A stretch of DNA of 64,000 bases from Candidatus Saccharimonadia bacterium (GTDB taxonomy: Bacteria > Patescibacteriota > Saccharimonadia > CAILAD01 > CAZGYV01): positions 10,059-74,058 of the forward strand of contig JAYRII010000014.1 in the NCBI GenBank assembly GCA_041906885.1, written 5' to 3'. Below the pieces are notes generated by a model. The model was not told where the DNA came from. It saw only the letters and a list, made by a program, of their open reading frames with translations, and searched no databases. A program made the position numbers and the translations under genes. This document shows positions 41,661 through 51,342 of this stretch, piece after piece; position 1 is the first letter of the stretch; every line of letters begins with the position of its first letter.

Positions 41661-41737
41661 TGGTGCATCGACGGCACAAAAACGTACAGACAGCAGGGGT
41701 TGTTGCTATATATCATGAATTAATTAATGATATGTGG

Positions 41738-42220
41738 TCAAAAAGTAAGGCTGGAGAAGCCATGCCCATAGTTTATCAACGCCAAAACCATTACTACTAA
41801 AGTAAAAAAAATTATATAAATTATACCGAATATAGACCACTTATTTTGCACATCTTTGAATTGCGCTATGCTTGTCCATTTTCTTGATCTCCACGCCCAT
41901 TCATTGCCCTTCAGACCAAAGTATACCGTACATATTATGTAGAGCACGTCAGAAACCCAATAGGAGAATGGCCATATTATCAGGATTAGGAGCTGTATCA
42001 ATGCACCGAGCCAAACCTTATTGCCTAAGCACCAAACCGGGCCGGCCAGAGCAGCCCCTGCGTTAAACCCCTTTAGCTCTGTGGGAAAAATACTCTCTTT
42101 TCCGCGCCCCGAGCTTGATGCAGTGATTGCATTCGCCAGCTCATCAACACTAGCTTGGCCAGAGCCATACTGGAGCTGAGGGCTTTCAGGACTATCAACG
42201 ACTGGCTGAAATTTCTCCAT
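41738..42220 (-). CDS. membrane protein (DUF2628-like), hypothetical
   Basis: 160 aa; C-terminal 3 TM helices. Confidence 0.4.
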   Translation of the reverse strand: MEKFQPVVDSPESPQLQYGSGQASVDELANAITASSSGRGKESIFPTELKGFNAGAALAGPVWCLGNKVWLGALIQLLILIIWPFSYWVSDVLYIICTVYFGLKGNEWAWRSRKWTSIAQFKDVQNKWSIFGIIYIIFFTLVVMVLALINYGHGFSSLTF

Positions 42221-42257
42221 ACTGTCAATAGTATCATATTAGAGGACTGCTTGACTT

Positions 42258-42917
42258 CTATTTCTTAGCCGCCACGGCACCCCAGACACTCCTAGCACCC
42301 GCACTTTTCAACACCCTGGCGCACTCCGACATTGTCGCACCGGTAGTAAGCACATCGTCAATCACCAGCAGCCGCTTGCTCTCAATGGGCACCGGCAAAA
42401 CCACAAAATTATTTCGGATCATCTCAAAACGCTCCCGCCGCGTAAGCTTAGTCTGAGGGCTATGCTTGGTCCTCAGTAGGGTTTCGCCATAATCAAGCCC
42501 AGTCAATTTGGCTATTTCCCGCGCCAAAAGCTGAGCTTGATTGTAGCCACGTTGGCGCAAAGAAGCTCCGTCACTCGGCACATAGGTGACCATGTCGAAC
42601 TTACTCGTATCAACATTCTCTGCCATTGCACCGGCTAAAAACCGAGCTGCACTCCTGTCAGACTGATATTTGAGCCTGTAAACCAGCTCTTTGGCGGCTT
42701 CTTCAAAACGAAAAGCCACCAACACTCCAGATAGATCTGTTTTGCGACGACAGTTTGGGCAAGTTTTGCTGCCATGGCTGATTTTATTACAGCTATAGCA
42801 GGTTGGCGTGCGCCCTATCAGGTGAGAAGTCGAGCAGTCAGGGCATATTAATTTATCCCTCTGGCCACAAACAACGCAACTTGGTGGCACAATTACATCT
42901 ATCAATTTAGACAACAT
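42258..42917 (-). CDS. comF: ComF-family protein (zinc-ribbon plus phosphoribosyltransferase domain)
   Basis: N-terminal CxxC...CxxC zinc ribbon; PRTase motif LLVIDDVLTTGATMSECARVLKSAGA. Confidence 0.7.
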   Translation of the reverse strand: MLSKLIDVIVPPSCVVCGQRDKLICPDCSTSHLIGRTPTCYSCNKISHGSKTCPNCRRKTDLSGVLVAFRFEEAAKELVYRLKYQSDRSAARFLAGAMAENVDTSKFDMVTYVPSDGASLRQRGYNQAQLLAREIAKLTGLDYGETLLRTKHSPQTKLTRRERFEMIRNNFVVLPVPIESKRLLVIDDVLTTGATMSECARVLKSAGARSVWGAVAAKK

Positions 42918-42921
42918 ATCC

Positions 42922-42950
42922 TTGCAACTATTTATAAGCGTGGCTATAAT
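42922..42950 (+). promoter_or_regulatory. sigma-70-like promoter for hsp20 (TTGCAA-N17-TATAAT)
   Basis: -35 at 42922-42927, 17-nt spacer, -10 at 42945-42950; AAGGAG RBS at 42968. Confidence 0.55.
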
Positions 42951-42989
42951 AGTGAGAAATAGCGTCTAATACAAGCATAAGGAGTAAGT

Positions 42990-43424
42990 ATGGCTCGCAA
43001 GAACAACGAAGCTGAAAATGAAATCTTAGAAGAAGAGTTTCTTGATGAGGGAAATGGTGGTGGCGAAGGCGACTGGATGGGCGAAGAGGAGTTCGAAGGC
43101 CAGCTGGCAGTTGACGTTTATCAAACCAAAGACTCGGTCGTGATCAAAGCTCCGATTGCCGGTGTACGCCCTGAAGACATCGACGTTGCTATATCCGAAG
43201 ACGTGGTGACGATTCGTGGTGATCGCAAAGACGAGCGAGCGGTCGAGAAGGAGCATTACTACGTCCAAGAGTGCTTCTGGGGCTCATTCTCACGCTCTGT
43301 CATCTTGCCAACTTCAACTGTGGCCGAAAAAGCTCAAGCCACCCTCAAAGATGGAGTTTTGACACTCGAGATCCCTAAGGTTATTCAAGACAAAGTCAAG
43401 AAAATCCAGGTTAAGCCAGCATAG
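42990..43424 (+). CDS. Hsp20/alpha-crystallin small heat-shock protein
   Basis: Alpha-crystallin domain pattern: LAVDVYQTKDSVVIKAPIAGVRPEDIDV...GVLTLEIPK. Confidence 0.8.
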   Translation: MARKNNEAENEILEEEFLDEGNGGGEGDWMGEEEFEGQLAVDVYQTKDSVVIKAPIAGVRPEDIDVAISEDVVTIRGDRKDERAVEKEHYYVQECFWGSFSRSVILPTSTVAEKAQATLKDGVLTLEIPKVIQDKVKKIQVKPA

Positions 43425-43470
43425 GTCCTTCTACTTTTTACGAGTCCCATCATCCTAGATTCTCCTGCCA

Positions 43471-43566
43471 TGTCATCCTGAACTAGTTTCAGGATCTCTA
43501 TCGTTCCCGTTCCCTCGTCATCCTGAGTGTAATCGAAGGATCTCATCCAGTGGGCTCAGGATGACA
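43471..43566. repeat. MITE-like palindromic repeat, copy C (compound, perfect 11-bp termini GTCATCCTGAG / CTCAGGATGAC)
   Basis: catgtcatcctgaactagtttcaggatctc...cgtcatcctgagtgtaatcgaaggatctcatccagtgggctcaggatgacat. Confidence 0.6.
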
Positions 43567-43575
43567 TAAGCCCTA

Positions 43576-44883
43576 CTACTTTGAGCGTGATATCTCTTGG
43601 CTGACACGATTGTTCGCCGAGCGAACTACTGTCGCCGCATCGAGCCCGCCCAATAGTGCCGCGTGCATATCATAAAAAATTGCGTCAATATTGTGACTAT
43701 TGCCACGATACCAGTTAGTCGAACTTGGTACTTGCCTGGCGAATGGCCCCAGCAAACTGTCACCTTCCTGAGCCTTAGCTAAATCCAATCTACTAGACGG
43801 GCGCTGCGACGAAATCGAGAATTTATTAAGCTCGTCTTTCGAGGAAGCAAAGCGTAAGAAATCCCAAGCCACTTCGCTATTGGTGCTGCTACTACTCACC
43901 ATCTCCGCCCAATACTCGCCCAGGTTGACGGGGCTTTTGCTATTCACCTGAGGCAGGGGAGCGGTTTTAAACTGTAGTTTTGGATTTAATGCCGTAATAC
44001 TAGCCGCTCTATAGGGGTAGTTTATTATCATGGCGGTTTTTTCTTTGGTAAATGCATCAATGCTCTCGCCCAAGCCATCACTCCAGCTATAATTAGACTT
44101 GGTCGAAGTCGCAAAGCTAGAGAAGAATTGAGCCGCCTTAATCCCACCGTAATACCCCTCACCATCTGGTTGGTCAAAGGTAGCTTTAGTTGGCGGCTGA
44201 TCTGTCATCTTGGCCCCGTTTTGCATCATCAAAATCGACTCGATATCCGTCGCTTGGCTGATATTAGGTGAGCCGAGCGCGATGCCAGATTGAGTGATTG
44301 AAGCACCATTTTTTTGGGTTAACTTGTTTGTAGCTGCAATGACGTCTGGCCAGCTCTTGGGAGGATCGATTTTAGCACTCTTAAGAAGTCTTTCGTTATA
44401 AAATACCCCGAGCGTCGAGATACCGTAAGTCAGGGCGTAAGGAACTTTCGAGTTGGTCAGCTCACGAACTGCCTGCGAAGCAAATGTTTTTTCATAATCT
44501 TTTTGGGTAAATACCGTCTCCGGAGCCGCTGCGGCAAACTGTTTGTAGTGTTCGAGCTGGTCATTGCCGACTGTGAACAGGTCGGGTAGCTGCTTGGCAG
44601 CGGCCGCAGCTGACAGCTTAGTATAATATTCGCTGTAAGGGATGACGGTCAGCTTAACCTCGACATTTGGATGAACCTTGCGAAAGTCATCAATGATAGG
44701 GCTAAGAGTGTCCGGCGCATCAATCGTCCGCCAATAGGTAAGTGTCATCGGCGTAGTCGGATATTTGACCTTACTGCTGTTTAGATTCAAATAAATATCC
44801 GACTTGTTGCCAAGCCGATAAGAGAAATAGCCGAGCGCAATCACAGCTACAAGTGTAAAGATCACCAGTCCCTTGTTCTTCAT
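43576..44883 (-). CDS. extracellular solute-binding protein (ABC-type, family 1, sugar-like); no adjacent permease or ATPase
   Basis: N-terminal anchor/signal, ~430 aa with the periplasmic-binding-protein pattern (TLTYWRTIDAPDTLSPIIDDFRKVHPNVEV...). Confidence 0.65.
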   Translation of the reverse strand: MKNKGLVIFTLVAVIALGYFSYRLGNKSDIYLNLNSSKVKYPTTPMTLTYWRTIDAPDTLSPIIDDFRKVHPNVEVKLTVIPYSEYYTKLSAAAAAKQLPDLFTVGNDQLEHYKQFAAAAPETVFTQKDYEKTFASQAVRELTNSKVPYALTYGISTLGVFYNERLLKSAKIDPPKSWPDVIAATNKLTQKNGASITQSGIALGSPNISQATDIESILMMQNGAKMTDQPPTKATFDQPDGEGYYGGIKAAQFFSSFATSTKSNYSWSDGLGESIDAFTKEKTAMIINYPYRAASITALNPKLQFKTAPLPQVNSKSPVNLGEYWAEMVSSSSTNSEVAWDFLRFASSKDELNKFSISSQRPSSRLDLAKAQEGDSLLGPFARQVPSSTNWYRGNSHNIDAIFYDMHAALLGGLDAATVVRSANNRVSQEISRSK

Positions 44884-44926
44884 TCTTTTATTTTATCATG
44901 AGCACTTAGTGCAAAGCGAAGCGGCC

Positions 44927-45064
44927 TGTCATCCTAAGCCCGTCAGTCGTCATCCTGAGGCTTGCCGAAGGATCTTCATTCTCGTCACACTGAACTCATT
45001 TTAAGGGTCTTGCGCACGACCAAAACACAGATTCTTCTCCGACAGCTGCCGGATCAGAATGACA
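44927..45064. repeat. MITE-like palindromic repeat, copy D
   Basis: ctgtcatcctaagcc..cgtcatcctgaggcttgccgaaggatct...cagattcttctccgacagctgccggatcagaatgaca. Confidence 0.6.
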
Positions 45065-45102
45065 ATACATCAGCTGGGCGAGCATCCTTCTTGACCGATA
45101 CT

Positions 45103-45381
45103 TTAGAAGCGGCTGATGACAAAATTAATAATCGAGTACGACATGATGGCAACAATAATACCGACTACAGCGTAGAGGACTGTGTCCTTAGCAGCACTGA
45201 CTGACTTTTCGTTGCCGCCAGAGAAGACGTAGCGGAAGCCGCCGATGATTAGCATGATGACAGCCGAGATACCGATCGCTAGCAAGAGAGTATTTGTGAC
45301 GATCTTAATCTGGGCCGGCAGACTGCCATTCAGGCCAGCTCCTTGACCTACCCAGTTTACCCCTGTTTCAATACTATTCAT
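45103..45381 (-). CDS. VirB2/TrbC-like pilin paralog 1 (appears to lack a signal peptide)
   Basis: LPAQIKIVTNTLLLAIGISAVIMLIIGGFRYVFSGGNEKSVSAAKDTVLYAVVGIIVAIMSYSIINFVISRF: two hydrophobic helices separated by a short loop, conserved C-terminus shared with paralogs 2-4. Confidence 0.55.
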   Translation of the reverse strand: MNSIETGVNWVGQGAGLNGSLPAQIKIVTNTLLLAIGISAVIMLIIGGFRYVFSGGNEKSVSAAKDTVLYAVVGIIVAIMSYSIINFVISRF

Positions 45382-45438
45382 GCCAATATTCTAACATGTC
45401 TAGAGATGTTAGCCGTTAAATACCTAACTAATTAAATC

Positions 45439-45804
45439 TTAGAAACGACCAATGACAAAGTGAACAATGGCATAAGACAATATGGCCACCACCAAACCGA
45501 TGACGGCATAGAGAATGGTGTCTCGAGCTGCACTAATGTTCTTTTCGTTACCTTGAGAGAGGGCAAAGCGAAAGCCGGCAATAATAATTGCAATAATAGC
45601 CACTACGCCGATCATGATCAAGATAGTATTTACGATGTTGGTAATAGACGGCCCGAGCTCAGTCGGAGTGCCAGCTGACTTGGCACAATTCGCGCCACCA
45701 GATGCACCATCAGAAACACTATCGCAAGCCGCTAAAGCTCGCTGGCTTAAGCCAAAAAGGGCAGCACCGGCAAAGGCAGCCAGAGTATTGAGGTGCTTTT
45801 TCAT
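45439..45804 (-). CDS. VirB2/TrbC-like pilin paralog 2
   Basis: Signal peptide MKKHLNTLAAFAGAALFGLSQRALA, variable Cys-containing segment, then the conserved pilin core ...IAGFRFALSQGNEKNISAARDTILYAVIGLVVAILSYAIVHFVIGRF. Confidence 0.6.
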   Translation of the reverse strand: MKKHLNTLAAFAGAALFGLSQRALAACDSVSDGASGGANCAKSAGTPTELGPSITNIVNTILIMIGVVAIIAIIIAGFRFALSQGNEKNISAARDTILYAVIGLVVAILSYAIVHFVIGRF

Positions 45805-45825
45805 GAAAGCCTTAACTTCCTTAGC

Positions 45826-46182
45826 CTAGAATCGGCCGATTACAAAGTTGACAATAGCATAAGACATGATTGCCACCACGATACCGATGACGGCGTAGAG
45901 AATGGTGTCCTTAGCTCCACTAATGGCTTTTTCATTACCTTGCGAGAAGACATAGCGGAAGCCACCGACAATCAGCATTAGTACCGCAGCCACACCAATG
46001 ACTAGTAAAAGAGTGTTGGTTATAGCCGTAATCTGAGATGGCAGGTCGCCATTTAGTCCGGCACTCTGGCCGGCATAGCCGGCACCTTGCTCTATTTCAC
46101 TGTTGGCGGCCAAAGCTCGCCCAGCTAACATCGGCAGCGTCACACCCGCCGACAAGCTTACTTTTTTTATTAATGAAACCAT
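45826..46182 (-). CDS. VirB2/TrbC-like pilin paralog 3
   Basis: Signal peptide plus core LPSQITAITNTLLLVIGVAAVLMLIVGGFRYVFSQGNEKAISGAKDTILYAVIGIVVAIMSYAIVNFVIGRF. Confidence 0.6.
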   Translation of the reverse strand: MVSLIKKVSLSAGVTLPMLAGRALAANSEIEQGAGYAGQSAGLNGDLPSQITAITNTLLLVIGVAAVLMLIVGGFRYVFSQGNEKAISGAKDTILYAVIGIVVAIMSYAIVNFVIGRF

Positions 46183-46296
46183 TTCTTTGTCTCCTTCTTG
46201 TAGGATTTTTTAGATTAATAATAAAAACTTGGCTTTATTGTAAACGAAATTCTCAACCATGACAATTACTATTTTGCTTATGTTCTGGTTTGGACA

Positions 46297-46468
46297 TTGT
46301 ACATCCTGAGTTCTCTCGTGTCATCTTGAGCCCACCTATTGTCATCCTGAGCGCAGCCGAAAGATCTCAGACGAAGAATGACTGTAGATTCTTCCTCTCC
46401 AGTCAAGATTCAAAATTACAACCCACTCCGTCGTCCTGATCCGACAGCCGACGGACGATTCAGAATCT
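46297..46468. repeat. MITE-like palindromic repeat, copy E (tandem degenerate copies between pilin genes)
   Basis: tgtacatcctgag..gtcatcttgagc..ttgtcatcctgagcgcagccgaaagatctcagacgaagaatgactgtagattcttcc...cgtcgtcctgatccgacagccgacggacgattcagaatctg. Confidence 0.55.
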
Positions 46469-46492
46469 GTTCCTGCCCGCCAGCACCAAACT

Positions 46493-46795
46493 CTACTTGA
46501 TGTGTGTCAGCACGAAGTTGACAATGGCATAGGCTAGGATCGCCACCACTAGGCCGATGACAGCATACATGATGGTGTCTTTGGCGGTCTTGGTCCTGCC
46601 CGGATCGCCAGCTGAGGTGATATACTGCAGACCGCCGACGATCAATGCAATGACCGAGGCAACACCAACTATCCAGAAAAGAATGTTGGTGATCGAGTTG
46701 ATGATCGAGCCGACAGTGGAGGGTGTGCCGCTTAGCGCCGGTACGCCAATATCACCTTCACTGACGGCTAGAAATATTTTTGTAACTATATACAT
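46493..46795 (-). CDS. VirB2/TrbC-like pilin paralog 4 (divergent)
   Basis: ITNILFWIVGVASVIALIVGGLQYITSAGDPGRTKTAKDTIMYAVIGLVVAILAYAIVNFVL. Confidence 0.55.
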   Translation of the reverse strand: MYIVTKIFLAVSEGDIGVPALSGTPSTVGSIINSITNILFWIVGVASVIALIVGGLQYITSAGDPGRTKTAKDTIMYAVIGLVVAILAYAIVNFVLTHIK

Positions 46796-46802
46796 AATAG
46801 CC

Positions 46803-47708
46803 TTATTTTAAATTACCAATGATAAATTTGACAATTGCAATGGCCGATATGGAAATAATCAGCCCTAGTACGGCGTAGCTGATTGTGGCTTTAGCCTTCT
46901 GCAAATTAGTCTGATTGCCGCCCGAGGCGACGTAGCGCAACGCACCGACGATGATAAATACGACCGAGAGTGCGCCTCCAAGATATAAAACAAAGTTAGT
47001 TATGTTGAGGATTAAGCCTTGTATGCTATTTAATGTTTTTCCTGAATCAGGTACTGTAGCCCCAAAGAATTCATCCGGCTTGCCTCCTATACTAATCAAC
47101 ACCAACAATGCCCGCATACTTATCAAGACTACCAAGCTCATGACGGCATTAGTGATCCTGCCCTTGGCTGCCTTGACCGCATCCGGACTGCCCGCCGAGG
47201 TCACCATTTGCACTCCTCCAACTATTATCATCAGCACAATCACTGCGCCCGCCAAACCAACAATCCAGTTGGAAATGCCGACCACATAGCCCATCACTAC
47301 GTTGCTCTGGCTAGGGTCACAGAGCTTTTCAAAGCCATACCCACCTACACCGATCGATTTTTGACTATTATCACTAGGGTCTCGTTCGCCTGGGTCTACT
47401 CCTCCTTGACTAAAACTACCGCAGGTTATATTGTCTCTAGTACCAGCGCCCCCCTCTGTACCACCTTGCCCATTAGTGGAGGTGGGAACTACCCCATTTT
47501 CAAGAAGAGCTTTTTTTCTATCTTTAATGCAGTCATCTCTGTTTACACCCGAGGGAAATCCGTTACAAGCAGCCTCTGCTTGACTCTGGGCCTCTTGGTC
47601 AGATATTGCCAAGGCTCGCTGGGGTGTATAGATTGCTCCCATAACACCGAAGACAAGCACTATCCAAGCAAACACCACCAGGCCAACAATAAGGAGTAAT
47701 TTCTTCAT
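46803..47708 (-). CDS. secreted protein with Cys-containing ectodomain fused to two tandem VirB2-like pilin modules
   Basis: Signal/anchor MKKLLLIVGLVVFAWIVLVFG, four Cys, then module 1 (ISNWIVGLAGAVIVLMIIVGGVQMVTSAGSPDAVKAAKGRITNAVMSLVVLIS) and module 2 (ITNFVLYLGGALSVVFIIVGALRYVASGGNQTNLQKAKATISYAVLGLIISISAIAIVKFIIG). Confidence 0.5.
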   Translation of the reverse strand: MKKLLLIVGLVVFAWIVLVFGVMGAIYTPQRALAISDQEAQSQAEAACNGFPSGVNRDDCIKDRKKALLENGVVPTSTNGQGGTEGGAGTRDNITCGSFSQGGVDPGERDPSDNSQKSIGVGGYGFEKLCDPSQSNVVMGYVVGISNWIVGLAGAVIVLMIIVGGVQMVTSAGSPDAVKAAKGRITNAVMSLVVLISMRALLVLISIGGKPDEFFGATVPDSGKTLNSIQGLILNITNFVLYLGGALSVVFIIVGALRYVASGGNQTNLQKAKATISYAVLGLIISISAIAIVKFIIGNLK

Positions 47709-47891
47709 AATTTCATGATTAATTATCCGTCAGGTCATAGTAAAAGTAAAGCTTACGTTTTATGTGATTATAATGGTTAAATGAATAAAAAATTACACAA
47801 CACGCACTGCAATGAAGTTATTTCAAACAGTCCTTTCGCTATAAATAATCTTGCAATCTATTGCTATACATAAGCAAGTTTGGTGCTATAA

Positions 47892-50399
47892 TTGAGTAAA
47901 ATGCTACTCAAAATCCTGAAACAAAAATTTTTAATTTCATTTCTCGTGCTATTAAGCCTCGTAGCCTGTAGTTTTATTTTTGCCCCAAAAGCTCTGGCTG
48001 CCAATCGACCAAGTGCATATAAGGCAGATGAACATGTTCGCTGTGCATGGATCAATGCTTGGTTTATACAATGTAGTGGCATTAATTACTTGTATGATGT
48101 TCAGGCTTCGAAAGAGTCAAATACAGATACATTTAGGCCTCAATCCGGTGATATAGCACGACATGGTTACGTACACATTACTCAATATCATGCAGAAGGC
48201 AAAGACGATTTTGTCATCAATACCGACAGGACAAGCCTTGTAGCACCCGGTAACCTCGATCCTAAAAATTTTGATTTCACAGGTAGCGATAAACGCAATA
48301 CTAACAACAAGGGTAATATTGACAGCGCGCAAGGTCCAATCTCATCAGAGGCTAAGAGCGGCAAAGATGAGGAAAGAAACAAGCTGTGTAGCATAATAAA
48401 CACAGCTGAAGGCTGTCTAAATGCATGGGATGGTCAACCCAACAATGGGTTAGATGGCTTTGTTTCTCTTTATGGACAAAGTCAATCCGCACTGGATGCA
48501 GAAAGAGACTGTGGGGATAATTCATCTCTTAATTTCATCACCTGCCCGATATTCAATATGGTCAATAAAACGATTGGCAAATTAATCGGTAGTGATGGTA
48601 GTGGCAAAGGCTTGCTAATAGATATGTTTTACGTCAGACCGCTTTCGTTTCAAAGAACAACAGACGCTAATGGTCAAGACTCCAACCCACTCTACTCTGT
48701 TTGGGATAATGTAAAGAATATAGCCCTGAGCGTATACGTCTTTATTTTCTTGATTGTTATATTTTCTAACTCTATGTCGCTTGGCATTGATGCCTACACC
48801 ATAAAGAAGACCTTACCTAGGCTTTTTGCAGCCGCGATTTTTACCCAATTCTCATTTTTATTTCTAAATATCGCTATAGATATGAGTAATGTTATTGGCA
48901 TTGGCTTGCCTAGTTTTGTGTTGGCTCAAGGCCCTAAAACATTCACCCTCAATATCTCTGGTATATGGGGAGGGGCAGCGAGTGTTGTATCGTTTTTACT
49001 AATTCTGATCCTTGCCATAATGGCTCTCTTTAGCCTGATAGTAGCTCTAATTACGATTGTCGCCAGACAGCTAATAGTTTTTGCGCTTGTTATTACGGCA
49101 CCGATTGCAATTGCCTGCTGGGTACTTCCAAATACTCAAAAGATTTTTAAAAAATGGTGGAATAATCTGTGGAGAATCTTAGCAATGTTCCCAATCGCGA
49201 CCGGCTTGATTGCGGTTGCTATTTTGTTCTCCCGAGTTACAGGCCACCAAACAGATGTCAATGGAAATCACATAAGCTCTTTGGCGCAGCTCGCTGGTGC
49301 TATGGCTCCCCTTATCGCCCTAGCTATCCTACCTAAAACTTTCAAATGGGGAGGAGATTTTGTCGCCGCAGCTACTGGTGCTGCAGCCGGCTGGGTTGCT
49401 CGTGGACAATCTGCCTCGTTTAAGAAGGGTAAGGACGTGGGCAAGGCTGGATTGGGTGGTGCTAGAGATAGAGTTGCCTTAAATGCTGGCAATAGCAGAT
49501 TCCTTCATGGTATATCGGGAGGAGGATGGAGGAATAGCTCTCGTAAGAATATGATCAGAAGAGGCCAAAACAAGGGACGTATACTTGGTGAGTACGAAAA
49601 AGCTGCCCAGTATGCTGAAAAAGACCAACTTCGTCAATTAGCTGGCAGTAAAAATAAAGGCATGCAGATGGCTGCGATTGGGCGCATGGCCAAGAAATCA
49701 GACTTAGAAGGACTTACCAGCGTTTTAGCGAGCGGCCAGGTTACTCGAGGGACATATAAGGCAGCAGTCGAACAATACCATGGTGATTTCGACAAGATGC
49801 CTCAGATGCGCTCAGTGGCTTTTGCAGATGAAAAAAGCAGCTCAAGTAGAGCAATCATGACTTCAGTACCCGATGGAAAAGGTGGCACTACTCAAAGACC
49901 AGCCATACAGACGAGCTTCTACGCTGGTATGTCTGGTGAGTCTCTTGCGGGTGCATCGACTGACTCTAAAAAACATATTATGGGTGCTGGGGAAGTATCA
50001 GGTTCAGCAGTAAATCAAATCTTGAGTACACCTGCCCTGGAAGCCAAGTTTAGCTCCGAAGATATAGCAACCTTAAGAGGTCTTGCTGGTGCGACTGGTA
50101 CGACACCATCTGGAACCGCCGGAGGGATGCCAGCACCAGCACCTGGCAGCAGTACACCACCAATCGTGGTTGCACCCACTCCAGCATCAGCTCCCCATGC
50201 ATCAACTTCAAGTACTGGCAGCTCTGAGGTTGTTGCCGAACTAAAACGAATTGGTAGTAAATTAGACGATATTGGCAGCACTCCGCCACCTACTCCTCCT
50301 TCATCACCAGAGCCTCACCGCCATGACCCTTCAAGCGGCACTGACTCCTCTCACCTACCTGGCTCAGATAGCCCGCCACCACCATGGCTCAGAGAATAG
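47892..50399 (+). CDS. VirB6/TrbL-like polytopic T4SS channel protein with large Cys-containing N-terminal ectodomain and Pro/Ser-rich C-terminal tail
   Basis: Signal peptide, ~250-aa ectodomain with multiple Cys, then 5-6 TM helices (ALSVYVFIFLIVIFS; LFAAAIFTQFSFLFLNIAI; SVVSFLLILILAIMALFSLIVALITIV; LIVFALVITAPIAIACWVL; ILAMFPIATGLIAVAILF). Position next to VirB3/VirB4 homologues. Confidence 0.5.
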   Translation: MSKMLLKILKQKFLISFLVLLSLVACSFIFAPKALAANRPSAYKADEHVRCAWINAWFIQCSGINYLYDVQASKESNTDTFRPQSGDIARHGYVHITQYHAEGKDDFVINTDRTSLVAPGNLDPKNFDFTGSDKRNTNNKGNIDSAQGPISSEAKSGKDEERNKLCSIINTAEGCLNAWDGQPNNGLDGFVSLYGQSQSALDAERDCGDNSSLNFITCPIFNMVNKTIGKLIGSDGSGKGLLIDMFYVRPLSFQRTTDANGQDSNPLYSVWDNVKNIALSVYVFIFLIVIFSNSMSLGIDAYTIKKTLPRLFAAAIFTQFSFLFLNIAIDMSNVIGIGLPSFVLAQGPKTFTLNISGIWGGAASVVSFLLILILAIMALFSLIVALITIVARQLIVFALVITAPIAIACWVLPNTQKIFKKWWNNLWRILAMFPIATGLIAVAILFSRVTGHQTDVNGNHISSLAQLAGAMAPLIALAILPKTFKWGGDFVAAATGAAAGWVARGQSASFKKGKDVGKAGLGGARDRVALNAGNSRFLHGISGGGWRNSSRKNMIRRGQNKGRILGEYEKAAQYAEKDQLRQLAGSKNKGMQMAAIGRMAKKSDLEGLTSVLASGQVTRGTYKAAVEQYHGDFDKMPQMRSVAFADEKSSSSRAIMTSVPDGKGGTTQRPAIQTSFYAGMSGESLAGASTDSKKHIMGAGEVSGSAVNQILSTPALEAKFSSEDIATLRGLAGATGTTPSGTAGGMPAPAPGSSTPPIVVAPTPASAPHASTSSTGSSEVVAELKRIGSKLDDIGSTPPPTPPSSPEPHRHDPSSGTDSSHLPGSDSPPPPWLRE

Positions 50400-50417
50400 T
50401 GCACGCGAGAATATCAT

Positions 50418-51281
50418 ATGGGTCAATATAAAGTTCCACAAAATGTAGAGACAGAAGACAAAATCCTTGGTCCGTTTTCGATCAAGCAATTTGTCTATCT
50501 TGTGATCGCCCTGATGTGGGGCTTCCTCATGTGGCGCATCTTTGGCTTTTTCTTGCCGATCGCCATTCTGCTAATTCTGCCCGTCAGCGGCATCTTTATC
50601 GCTCTGGCAGTCGGCAAGCGCGAGGAGCAGAGCTTCGAAAATTACTTTATCGCTTTTGTCCGGTTTATGGTCTTGCCGCGCAAACGAATTTGGCAAAAAG
50701 ACGACACCAAGGATATTGTCAAAATTATCCCCAAGGCTCCACCCAAGCCCGAGGAGGCCAAGCCGCCCAATCCCGAAGAAGTCCGCGGGCAATTGCACAA
50801 GCTAGCTACGATCATTGATTCGCGCGGCCGTTTGCAAAAAAACGAAATGGTCCAAGTCCAAGATGTCGGCTACCAAAACGCTGAGCTGGCCAGCCGGGTG
50901 ATTGATCCTATGGCCGAGTCGCACGAAGTGATTAACCCGCAAGCTATCGCCATGAAAGACGATATGCTCGATACCCAAAACAGTGACAAAGCTGCTGCCG
51001 TCGGGCAGATGCTTGAAAATGTCGAGCACGACGTCCGCGCTCAAGCCGTCGAAAATATGAAAAAAGCCCAGTCTGCGCCGGCCAAGCCAAGCCATCATCA
51101 GGCAACACCACAAGAGCACCAGGCGGCCAAAAGTAAAGCACAAGCAGGATCGCCAAATCCGCAGGCTGCTGGTATAATTGAGTTAGCGATGCGCAAAGAG
51201 CCAGTTACGGTTGCCCAAATCGCAAATCGCGTCTCAAATGAAGTTACACTTTCGCCGGGCAAAACCGTCAAGTTGCGCTAG
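50418..51281 (+). CDS. PrgI/VirB3-like small membrane protein with extended C-terminal domain
   Basis: N-terminal KILGPFSIKQFVYLVIALMWGFLMWRIFGFFLPIAILLILPVSGIFIALAVGK (two TM hairpin) as in PrgI/VirB3, located immediately before the VirB4 homologue. Confidence 0.45.
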   Translation: MGQYKVPQNVETEDKILGPFSIKQFVYLVIALMWGFLMWRIFGFFLPIAILLILPVSGIFIALAVGKREEQSFENYFIAFVRFMVLPRKRIWQKDDTKDIVKIIPKAPPKPEEAKPPNPEEVRGQLHKLATIIDSRGRLQKNEMVQVQDVGYQNAELASRVIDPMAESHEVINPQAIAMKDDMLDTQNSDKAAAVGQMLENVEHDVRAQAVENMKKAQSAPAKPSHHQATPQEHQAAKSKAQAGSPNPQAAGIIELAMRKEPVTVAQIANRVSNEVTLSPGKTVKLR

Positions 51282-51342
51282 TCCCTCGAAGTGGAGTAAG
51301 ATTAAACATTAGCATTAATAATGCCTGCTGAGTAATTTTCCT

